A DNA stretch of 64,000 nucleotides from the NCBI GenBank assembly GCA_030427825.1, contig JAUICO010000002.1, positions 25,634 through 89,633 on the forward strand, read 5' to 3'. This stretch comes from a bacterium. Its GTDB lineage: Bacteria; Myxococcota_A; Bradymonadia; REDH01. How positions within the stretch are numbered: the first letter of the stretch is position 1; each line of letters begins with the position of its first letter. Positions 50,709 through 58,745 of this stretch are shown piece after piece. Both the position numbers and the translations under genes were made by a program. Under the pieces are notes generated by a model. The model was given only the letters and a program-made list of their open reading frames with translations. It was not told the DNA's origin and ran no database searches.

Positions 50709-53700
50709 ATGACCACCAGATTCGGAAGCTACGGCACCGCTGCGGCCTTTCTCTTTGTCTTTGCTATCGCCGGCGTACTCGGCGCGTGTGATGGCTGTAG
50801 TTCGGACCCCGGTGTCGGTGAGACCTGCGAGATCGATGATGACTGCGCCGACGGCGCTATCTGCGACGACGGGCTTTGTGTGACCGATATCGTGGACGAC
50901 GTCGGGCTCGACACGCCGGACGGCGACGCGGACACGGACCTGGATGCCCCTGAAGAAGTCGACAGCAGCGAAACCGACGGCGAAGACACCGATACCGGTG
51001 AGACCGATGACGGCGGTGACGCCGGCTGCGACGGACAATATCAGTGTGAATGCACGACGGACGACGACTGCGACTCCAGCCTCTGTGTACGCACCGAGCT
51101 GGGCAACCTCTGCTCGCGCCTTTGCTTCGACGACGAAGACTGTGCGGACGACGCATGGGAGTGCCGCCTCCTACGCACCGGCTCCGGCGATGTCGCCGAG
51201 ATCTGCGTGCCGATCGCGGTGGGACTCTGCGCGGATTGTGAGACGGACGAAGACTGCACGGCGAACGGCTCCCTGTGCAATGCCCTCGCGGACGGAAACT
51301 TCTGCACCACCGACTGCACCGACTCCGACTGCCCTGAGGGCTACGGATGCGAAGAGATTACGCGGGTCGAAGACGGCACCCCGGTGAGCTACGATCAATG
51401 CGTGCCGCTTCTCGGTGTGTGCGGCGACTGCCTCGACGTGGACGGCGACGGTTACGGTACCGGTTCCGCCTGCCTGGGCGACGACTGCGACGACACCCTG
51501 ACCTCGGTGTACGTGGACGCGCCTGAGATCTGCGACAACATTGATAACGACTGCGATCTGGAGAACGACGAAGACTACACGGACGCCGACGGGCTCTACA
51601 ATTCGCAACAACACTGCGGTGGCTGCGGTCAGGTGTGCGCCGCTGACTTCGCGACGGTCGAGTGTCAGACTGCGGTCTGCACCCTGCTTGCATGCGACGA
51701 CGGGTACGCAGACTGCAACGATTCGCTGGACGACGGGTGCGAGACTCCGACAGCGAGTGATGAGGCGAACTGCGGTGGCTGCGGCGTCGTGTGCGATTTC
51801 GCGAACGCAAACGGTGTGTGCAACACCGGCGAATGTGCGCTCATCAGCTGTGAAACCGGTTGGGGCAACTGCGACGATAATCAGGCGAACGGCTGCGAAG
51901 AAGACGTCACGGACGACTTCTTCAACTGCGGCGTGTGTGGACAGACCTGCGACCTCGAGAACGCCGTCGCCCTCTGCGACAACTCCGCGTGCAGCCTGAT
52001 CGGCTGCGACTTCGGCTGGCAGGACTGCAACACCAACCTGGACGACGGCTGCGAGGCCTTCGTCGTCGAAGATGTGCTGAACTGCGGTACCTGCGGAAAC
52101 ATCTGCAGCGTAAACAACGCTGTAGCAGGCTGTGACGGCGGCGCGTGCGCCATCGCAGAGTGCCTGCCCGGCTTCGCGGACTGCAACACCAACAACCTGG
52201 ACGGCTGCGAGGTTGATCTCGGCGTCAGCCGCGACAACTGCGGGGCCTGCGGTGACCGCTGCGTCTTCGCGAACGGCGTCGGCGAGTGCGATGAGGGGAC
52301 CTGCGAGCTGGTCGCCTGCAACAACGGCTTCTCAGACTGCGACGGCAACAGCGCAAACGGCTGCGAGGTGGACCTGCGTACCGACAGCGCGAACTGCGGC
52401 GCCTGCACGAACATATGCGACGGCGACAACGCGTCGCTGACCTGCGTCGCCGGCGACTGCGAAATCGCCTCCTGCGATGCCGGCTTCGATGACTGCGACC
52501 TCAACGCAAACAACGGCTGCGAAGTGAACCTCGCGACCAACGTCAACAACTGCGGATCCTGCGGTCTTGTCTGCGCGGTTGGCGGCGGCGCCGCTGCCTG
52601 CGTGAACAATGTGTGCGGAATCAACAGCTGCGATACCGGGCTGGCGGACTGCGACGGTTTGCCCGGCAACGGCTGCGAGACCGATCTGACCACAAGCAAT
52701 CTTCACTGTGGCGCCTGCTTCCAGAACTGCACCTTCCCGAACGGCGTCGGTGACTGCGAATCCGGCGTGTGTGGTCTGGTCGGCTGCAACACGGGCTTCG
52801 CGGACTGCAACGGTGACCCGATCGACGGTTGCGAGATGGACCTTCGAACCAACTACAACAACTGCGGAACCTGCGGAAAGGTATGCGACCTCGCCGACGC
52901 GACCGGAAACTGCAACGCAGGAACATGCGAGGTGATCGGCTGCGATCTCGGCTTTGACGACTGCGATCAGGTCGACTCCAACGGCTGCGAAACCAATCTG
53001 CTCACCAGCACGCAGTCCTGCGGCGTCTGCGGTACCCAGTGTGAGGTCGCCAACGGTGACCCCGTCTGCAACGGCGGCGCCTGCGGTGTCGCGGGTTGCG
53101 ACCTGGGCTACGGAAACTGTGACGGAGGCTACGCCAACGGTTGCGAAGCCGAATTCGCAACCAACGAGCAGCACTGCGGCGGCTGCAACATCGCCTGCGA
53201 GTTTGAGAACGGCGTCGGAGCCTGTGTGGCCGGTGGCTGCCAGCTGGTCGGTTGTGATATCGGCTACGGAGATTGCAATGGCGAAGATTTCGACGGCTGC
53301 GAGGTGGACCTCAGAAGCAGCGTCGATCACTGCAACGCCTGTGGCAACGCGTGTTCAGACAACAACGCTACGCCCCAATGCGACGGGGGTGTGTGTGAGG
53401 TCTTCGATTGTGAAGACGGCTTCGAGGACTGTGACGCGAACCCGGCGAACGGCTGCGAGATCAACCTGAACACCAACGTGTCGAACTGCGGCGGTTGCGG
53501 CGACATCTGCAGCGTCGCCGGTGGCGACCCGGAATGTGTGCAGGGGAGCTGCGAAGTCAGTCTCTGCACCGGAGACCTGGCGAACTGTGACGGTGACCCC
53601 GCGAACGGTTGCGAGATCGACCTCAACGCTGACGAAAACAACTGCGGTGGCTGCGATAATGTGTGCTCCTACCCGAACGGAACGGGTGACTGCGCCGCCG

Positions 53701-56546
53701 GCTCCTGCGTCCTCGCCGGGTGTTCCGCGCCCTTCGCGGACTGCGATTCCGATTCTACGAACGGCTGCGAAGCCAACACCACGTCCGACGACAACAACTG
53801 CTCGTCCTGCGGCAATGTCTGCAATCTGCCGAACGCGACCAGCACGTGCTCGGCGTCAGAGTGCCGCATCGTGAGCTGCAACAGTGGTTTCGCGGATTGT
53901 GACGGAACCGACGCGAACGGCTGCGAAGTCGACCTGAGCGTCAACCGGAACAACTGCGGAAGCTGTGACAACGCATGCAGCGCAAACAACGGTACCGCAT
54001 TCTGCGATGGCGGCAGCTGCGCCATCCAGTCCTGCGACTCCACCCACGGTGACTGCGACGGATCTTACAGCAATGGTTGCGAGGCGCCGCTGAACATCGA
54101 CGAAGCCAACTGTGGTACCTGTGGAACCACCTGCGAATACGAAAACGGAATCGGACTCTGCACCGGCGGCAGCTGCTCGATGAGCGGTTGTCAGAGCAAC
54201 TGGGGCGACTGCGACAGCAGCAACGCCAACGGCTGCGAGACCTTCCTCGTCAACAACATCAACGACTGCGGCACCTGTGGAAACGAGTGCAGCTATCCGA
54301 ACGCCGCCGGCACGTGCAACACCACGTCGTGCGCCCTGCAGAACTGCAATCTGGGCTACGAGAACTGCGATGGCAGCGCCCTCAACGGATGCGAAGTGTT
54401 TGTCTCAGGCGACACAAACAACTGCGGTGGCTGTGGCTCGGTATGCAGCCTCTTTCAGGCCAGCGAGAACTGCACGAATGGATTCTGTGGCGTCGCGAGC
54501 TGCAACGGCGGGTTCGACAACTGCAACGGAATCCCGAGCGATGGCTGCGAGATCAACCTCAACTCTGACGTCAATAACTGCGGCAGCTGCGGAAACGTCT
54601 GCCCCTCCGCGGGTGGCACCGCGGTCTGCAACAACGGCACCTGCGGCATCTCCGGTTGCACCGCACCCCTCGCTGACTGTGACCTCGACGGCACATCGTG
54701 TGAGACAAATACCAACAACAGCGTCTCGAACTGCGGCAATTGCGGCAACGATTGCGACGCCGGCGCATCCAACGCGACGATGGAATGTGACTCGGGTGTT
54801 TGCGACATCGACCAGTGCGACACAGGTTTCGACGACTGCAACACTGTGACTTCGGATGGCTGCGAAACCAACATCACCAGTTCTCTGGCCCACTGCGGAG
54901 GATGCGGAAATGTGTGCTCTATCGGCGGCGCTGTCGAAGAATGCAGCAGCGCAACGTGCAGCTTTGTTACCTGTGACAGCGATCGTTACGACCTCGATGG
55001 CGACATGAACGACGGCTATCAGGGTGGCGACAACGGCTGTGAGTACTTCTGCACCGGTGACCCCCTGGCAACGGACTCGCCGGACTCCAACGGCACGGAC
55101 GACAACTGCGACGGCATCGACGGCGACATCGCCAACTCGATCTTCGTCGCGCGCAGCACAAACGGCGGCAGCAACTCGCACCCCGGAACTCCGGAGCAAC
55201 CGGTCGCCACCATCGCGTTCGCGATCAACGCCGCTGCGAGCTGCCCGGGCGGACCCTGCGACGTCATCGTCTCCGGCGGTACCTACGACGAGTCGATTAC
55301 AATGATTGACGGCGTGAACCTCTACGGCGGCTTTGACGCCGGCACCTGGACTCGCGACATCTCGATCAACGAGACCATCATTCGGGGCCAGTCGACCGTG
55401 GCTGTCACCGCAGACGCACTCACCACGGCGACCACACTCGACGGCTTCACCGTGCAGGGATTCGACGCCCCAGGTAGCAGCGGAGGCGCGACGATCGCTG
55501 TTCTCGTCAGCGACAGCAGCAGCAACTTCTCCATCGGCAACTGCACGATCGAAGGCGGTACCGGCGGGGACGGCGCGGATGGTGAAGACGGCACGAACGG
55601 CGCCAGCGGTCTCGCCGGTGGCTCCAGTAACAGCTCCAGCGGCGCCGCCGGTGCGACGAGCACCTGCGGTGCAGACGGCGGCGACGGCGCCAGCGGACGG
55701 GCGTGCACGGACGGCGCGCAGTCCGGCGGATCCGGCGACGCAGGCAGCGACGCCAGCAGCGGCGGCGGCGGCGGCAGCGCCGGATCAAACAGCTGCTCCT
55801 GCAGCGGCTTCTCAGGCGGTGATGGTGGCGACGGTGGCGCGGCAACGGCGGGCGGCAATGGCGCTCAGGGCGGCGCGGGCTCGAGCTCTTCGCTCTCGGC
55901 GGGCTCCTGGGTCGGCGGCGTCTGGACGCCGAGCACATCGGGCCCGGGCACTCGCGGTAAGAATGGTACCGGCGGTGGCGGTGGCGGCAGCGGCGGATCC
56001 GATCGTGACGGTCTCTTCGGCGGCTGCATCAACGCACGTACCGGCGGCGGTGGCGGCGGCGGTGGCGCCGGCGGATGTGCAGGCACAGCCGGCGGCGGCG
56101 GCACGCAGGGCGGCGCATCGTTCGCGGTGGTTGTCGTCAACTCCGTCGTCGACATCACGGATACAGAGATCAAGGTAGGTACCGGCGGCGACGGCGGTGC
56201 CGGCGGCCCCGGCGGCGATGGCGGTGCCAGCGGCGGTCTCGGCGCAGGCGCCGGCGGCTCAGGCGGCGGCTTCCTCAGCGAAGGCGCCGGCGATGGTGGC
56301 AACGGTGCAGCGGGTGGCAAAGGCGGCGGCGGTGGCGGCGGTGCCGGCGGCTGCGGTGGTCCCGCGATCGGCATTGCGCAGGTTGATGGCGGCACAGCGA
56401 ACCAGACCGCGGTGAGTTTCAGCGGCGGCACCGGCGGTGCGGTCGGCAGTGGCGGCCCCGGCGGCAGTCTCGGTGGCGACGGCGCAAACGCACCCTCGGG
56501 TGCGGACGGCTGCGTAGGCGCGGTCGAGGACACCTATACCTACTGA
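50709..56546 (+). CDS. Giant (~1,945 aa) secreted lipoprotein with several modules, listed in order. (1) An acidic linker. (2) A Cys-rich head containing a MopE-like putative metal-binding motif. (3) About 22 tandem 52-residue 8-Cys modules. (4) A beta-helix-like region. (5) A ~300-residue poly-Gly (GGxGG) tail.
   Basis: Uninterrupted 1993-codon ORF. The start is trimmed to MTTRFGS… with signal peptide plus lipobox (VLGAC). The repeated consensus is [NH]CGxCGxxC-x5-8-C-x3-4-C-x4-C-x2-GFxDCDxxxxNGCE-x-[DN]L. DVDGDGYGTGSACLGDDCDDT…EICDNIDNDCD matches the Cu-binding MopE-type motif known from Myxococcus. Confidence 0.8.
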   Translation: MTTRFGSYGTAAAFLFVFAIAGVLGACDGCSSDPGVGETCEIDDDCADGAICDDGLCVTDIVDDVGLDTPDGDADTDLDAPEEVDSSETDGEDTDTGETDDGGDAGCDGQYQCECTTDDDCDSSLCVRTELGNLCSRLCFDDEDCADDAWECRLLRTGSGDVAEICVPIAVGLCADCETDEDCTANGSLCNALADGNFCTTDCTDSDCPEGYGCEEITRVEDGTPVSYDQCVPLLGVCGDCLDVDGDGYGTGSACLGDDCDDTLTSVYVDAPEICDNIDNDCDLENDEDYTDADGLYNSQQHCGGCGQVCAADFATVECQTAVCTLLACDDGYADCNDSLDDGCETPTASDEANCGGCGVVCDFANANGVCNTGECALISCETGWGNCDDNQANGCEEDVTDDFFNCGVCGQTCDLENAVALCDNSACSLIGCDFGWQDCNTNLDDGCEAFVVEDVLNCGTCGNICSVNNAVAGCDGGACAIAECLPGFADCNTNNLDGCEVDLGVSRDNCGACGDRCVFANGVGECDEGTCELVACNNGFSDCDGNSANGCEVDLRTDSANCGACTNICDGDNASLTCVAGDCEIASCDAGFDDCDLNANNGCEVNLATNVNNCGSCGLVCAVGGGAAACVNNVCGINSCDTGLADCDGLPGNGCETDLTTSNLHCGACFQNCTFPNGVGDCESGVCGLVGCNTGFADCNGDPIDGCEMDLRTNYNNCGTCGKVCDLADATGNCNAGTCEVIGCDLGFDDCDQVDSNGCETNLLTSTQSCGVCGTQCEVANGDPVCNGGACGVAGCDLGYGNCDGGYANGCEAEFATNEQHCGGCNIACEFENGVGACVAGGCQLVGCDIGYGDCNGEDFDGCEVDLRSSVDHCNACGNACSDNNATPQCDGGVCEVFDCEDGFEDCDANPANGCEINLNTNVSNCGGCGDICSVAGGDPECVQGSCEVSLCTGDLANCDGDPANGCEIDLNADENNCGGCDNVCSYPNGTGDCAAGSCVLAGCSAPFADCDSDSTNGCEANTTSDDNNCSSCGNVCNLPNATSTCSASECRIVSCNSGFADCDGTDANGCEVDLSVNRNNCGSCDNACSANNGTAFCDGGSCAIQSCDSTHGDCDGSYSNGCEAPLNIDEANCGTCGTTCEYENGIGLCTGGSCSMSGCQSNWGDCDSSNANGCETFLVNNINDCGTCGNECSYPNAAGTCNTTSCALQNCNLGYENCDGSALNGCEVFVSGDTNNCGGCGSVCSLFQASENCTNGFCGVASCNGGFDNCNGIPSDGCEINLNSDVNNCGSCGNVCPSAGGTAVCNNGTCGISGCTAPLADCDLDGTSCETNTNNSVSNCGNCGNDCDAGASNATMECDSGVCDIDQCDTGFDDCNTVTSDGCETNITSSLAHCGGCGNVCSIGGAVEECSSATCSFVTCDSDRYDLDGDMNDGYQGGDNGCEYFCTGDPLATDSPDSNGTDDNCDGIDGDIANSIFVARSTNGGSNSHPGTPEQPVATIAFAINAAASCPGGPCDVIVSGGTYDESITMIDGVNLYGGFDAGTWTRDISINETIIRGQSTVAVTADALTTATTLDGFTVQGFDAPGSSGGATIAVLVSDSSSNFSIGNCTIEGGTGGDGADGEDGTNGASGLAGGSSNSSSGAAGATSTCGADGGDGASGRACTDGAQSGGSGDAGSDASSGGGGGSAGSNSCSCSGFSGGDGGDGGAATAGGNGAQGGAGSSSSLSAGSWVGGVWTPSTSGPGTRGKNGTGGGGGGSGGSDRDGLFGGCINARTGGGGGGGGAGGCAGTAGGGGTQGGASFAVVVVNSVVDITDTEIKVGTGGDGGAGGPGGDGGASGGLGAGAGGSGGGFLSEGAGDGGNGAAGGKGGGGGGGAGGCGGPAIGIAQVDGGTANQTAVSFSGGTGGAVGSGGPGGSLGGDGANAPSGADGCVGAVEDTYTY
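51610..55045. repeat. Coding tandem repeat array: about 22 copies of a ~156-bp unit (the 52-aa 8-Cys module) inside the giant gene
   Basis: The protein pattern recurs every ~52 residues (NCGGCG…NGCE). The copies have diverged at the DNA level but keep the same period. Confidence 0.7.
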
Positions 56547-56619
56547 TGCAGGCACAAGGAGCCGCGCGGGAAATCGCCGGCTTCCCTGGACTCCCGGCGA
56601 AGATGGGCGCTACCCTCGC

Positions 56620-58635
56620 TTGATGCACCCTACGTGTATCAAAGCAGGCGCGCTCATTGTCGCCCTCATGCTGCCAGCGTGCGAGGGCGGGGACGCCGGC
56701 GCAGGGGACACGGGTGCGGATTCTGGTCTTGCGTCCCCGGACGCGCTGGACCCGCTCGACCCGACGGCCGGTGGCGGATCGTTGCGTGTTGATTCGATTT
56801 CGCCGGGTACATCATCCGATGGCGCCGAGCTCAGCCATGCATCGGAAACGCCCGGGCGCACTGACGGCCCGGTGGAACGGATCTTTGAGCAGGTGGATGC
56901 CGGACCGCTCGGGCAGCATGCGTTGCCTCTGCGGGATGCCGACGTACTTGGCTATGGAAACGGTGGCGCATTCATCGACGCAGACGGGGACGGCGACGAT
57001 GATCTCTTTCTCGGCAGCCCCTGCGACGCTGCCCCGGTCGCCTGTGTGTACCGAAACGACTCGACACCGGGCACGATCCAGTTTGTCCGCCACGAACCCT
57101 GGTGCTTTGACACGTTGCCGATCACAACAGCAGGTGTCGCTGCGGACCTCGACGGCGACGGGCGCGAGGAGCTGATCCTCGGCGGTATCGGAACGGCGGC
57201 GATCGTCGACTTCACATCATCAGAGCCTGAGGTTGTGGACCTGCCACCGGGCCCGTTCTTTCAGGCTGACGAGGTGTGCGCCGTCGGTTCGATCCTCCCG
57301 TGGGACGCGGATCTGGACGGCGACTTCGAGCTTCTCTTCGGCTGCCGTTTCAGCTGGACGGACGGCGGTTGCAGGGGAATCGGTGTTCAGGGTTACTCCA
57401 CCGGTCGCAACGTGGTCCTGGACCGGGTTGATGGCGCATGGACCCCGAGCAGCGGCGCCGAAGTGGACCCCCTCCTGATCGCCGACAACACTCTGGCGAT
57501 CGCGGCGATCGACGCGAACCGCGACGGCGTGATCGACCCTGCGCTCGTCAGCGACACCTTCTCAAGTGTCTCCCGCATCAACACACATTTTCCGCCCGGC
57601 GGGGTGTTCATCTCGGATGTCGGCGCGGCTGATGGGCGCCGCGCGGGACTGCTCGGCTGGGGGCGCGGCAGCGACCGGTGGGGCTCGTTCATGGGGATTG
57701 CGCAAGTCGCCGATGACGCCTGGTTTCTGACGGACTGGGGACGAAACCGCGTGGCGCGCTGGTCCCGGGCAGAGCAACGCTTCCTGCAGGACGCGGCAGA
57801 TCCCGCGCTGAACCGGCAGCCGGACACCGATGACCCTGCCTTCACCTGGGGCGCTGTTGCGGACGATCTCAACGGCGACGGCTTCACCGATCTTGTGGTC
57901 GCCCGGGGAGAACTGCCGGCCATCGCTTCAGACACCTGGCCGACCCACAACGATTTTGTCCTGCTTGGCGCGGAGCCCGGCACCGATGGTGCGATGCGTT
58001 TCCTGGACGCCGGCGAATACAGCGGCTTCGACGGTCGCGCGAGCGCCGATGCCATGGGCCGAAGCGTGGCGAAGGTTGATCTTGATGGCGACGGCGGACT
58101 CGATCTGGTCTTCATTCCCTTTGTTGGAGCGCCCACGGTCTGGTCGTCGCGCGGTGCACAGAAATTCTGCACGATTGAAGTGCGCTCCCGCTACGTGGCC
58201 GCCGCCGGATACGGGGTCGCGATGCGACGAGTCGGCAGCTCGGTCTGGAACGTTCGGGACATTCAGGGCCTCCACGGTTTCGGGGGATCTGTACGAATCC
58301 TCGCCCCTGCAGATATCGCTGCGCTGCGCTTCCCTTCGGGCGCCGAGATGGCGGTAGAGTGCGACCCCGGCGAGCGGCTGACGGTGGAGGAACCGGAGTG
58401 GCTCAGGGTACAACACGCGGGCAACCTCTGGGAGGTACGGATCGCTCAGGACGCGGTCACAGCTCCTGAAGTGGATGGCGCGTGGCAGCGAGTCGGCGCC
58501 GAGGTCTTCTGGACAGAGGGAACCCGTGTCAGCCCTACGCTGGTGCGAATAGCGGCGCTCCCCGCCGGCGAATTCCTCGTCGTTGGGACTCGCGATCGCG
58601 TCGTCGCACTCCGCTGGTTCGCGCCTGCGGAGTGA
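56620..58635 (+). CDS. FG-GAP (integrin-alpha beta-propeller) repeat lipoprotein or secreted protein
   Basis: Signal peptide with Cys (LMLPAC). Repeated Ca-binding-like loops are DADGDGDDDL, DLDGDGREEL, DADLDGDFEL, DANRDGVID, DLNGDGFTDL and DLDGDGGLDL. Confidence 0.65.
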   Translation: MMHPTCIKAGALIVALMLPACEGGDAGAGDTGADSGLASPDALDPLDPTAGGGSLRVDSISPGTSSDGAELSHASETPGRTDGPVERIFEQVDAGPLGQHALPLRDADVLGYGNGGAFIDADGDGDDDLFLGSPCDAAPVACVYRNDSTPGTIQFVRHEPWCFDTLPITTAGVAADLDGDGREELILGGIGTAAIVDFTSSEPEVVDLPPGPFFQADEVCAVGSILPWDADLDGDFELLFGCRFSWTDGGCRGIGVQGYSTGRNVVLDRVDGAWTPSSGAEVDPLLIADNTLAIAAIDANRDGVIDPALVSDTFSSVSRINTHFPPGGVFISDVGAADGRRAGLLGWGRGSDRWGSFMGIAQVADDAWFLTDWGRNRVARWSRAEQRFLQDAADPALNRQPDTDDPAFTWGAVADDLNGDGFTDLVVARGELPAIASDTWPTHNDFVLLGAEPGTDGAMRFLDAGEYSGFDGRASADAMGRSVAKVDLDGDGGLDLVFIPFVGAPTVWSSRGAQKFCTIEVRSRYVAAAGYGVAMRRVGSSVWNVRDIQGLHGFGGSVRILAPADIAALRFPSGAEMAVECDPGERLTVEEPEWLRVQHAGNLWEVRIAQDAVTAPEVDGAWQRVGAEVFWTEGTRVSPTLVRIAALPAGEFLVVGTRDRVVALRWFAPAE

Positions 58636-58695
58636 AAGGCGGCGACGCATCTGACCACAGCGACCGCCGGACTGGGGTTCACATGCAATGCAGGC

Positions 58696-58701
58696 TATAA
58701 T
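58696..58701 (+). promoter_or_regulatory. Perfect TATAAT -10-like hexamer 45 bp upstream of the second giant gene
   Basis: Read directly from the sequence. The GGAGGA RBS is at 58737-58742 and the ATG at 58746. An AT hexamer is rare in this GC context. Confidence 0.4.
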
Positions 58702-58745
58702 ACCGCGAACGGGGCCCGCTGACATCAGCACAAATCGGAGGACGA

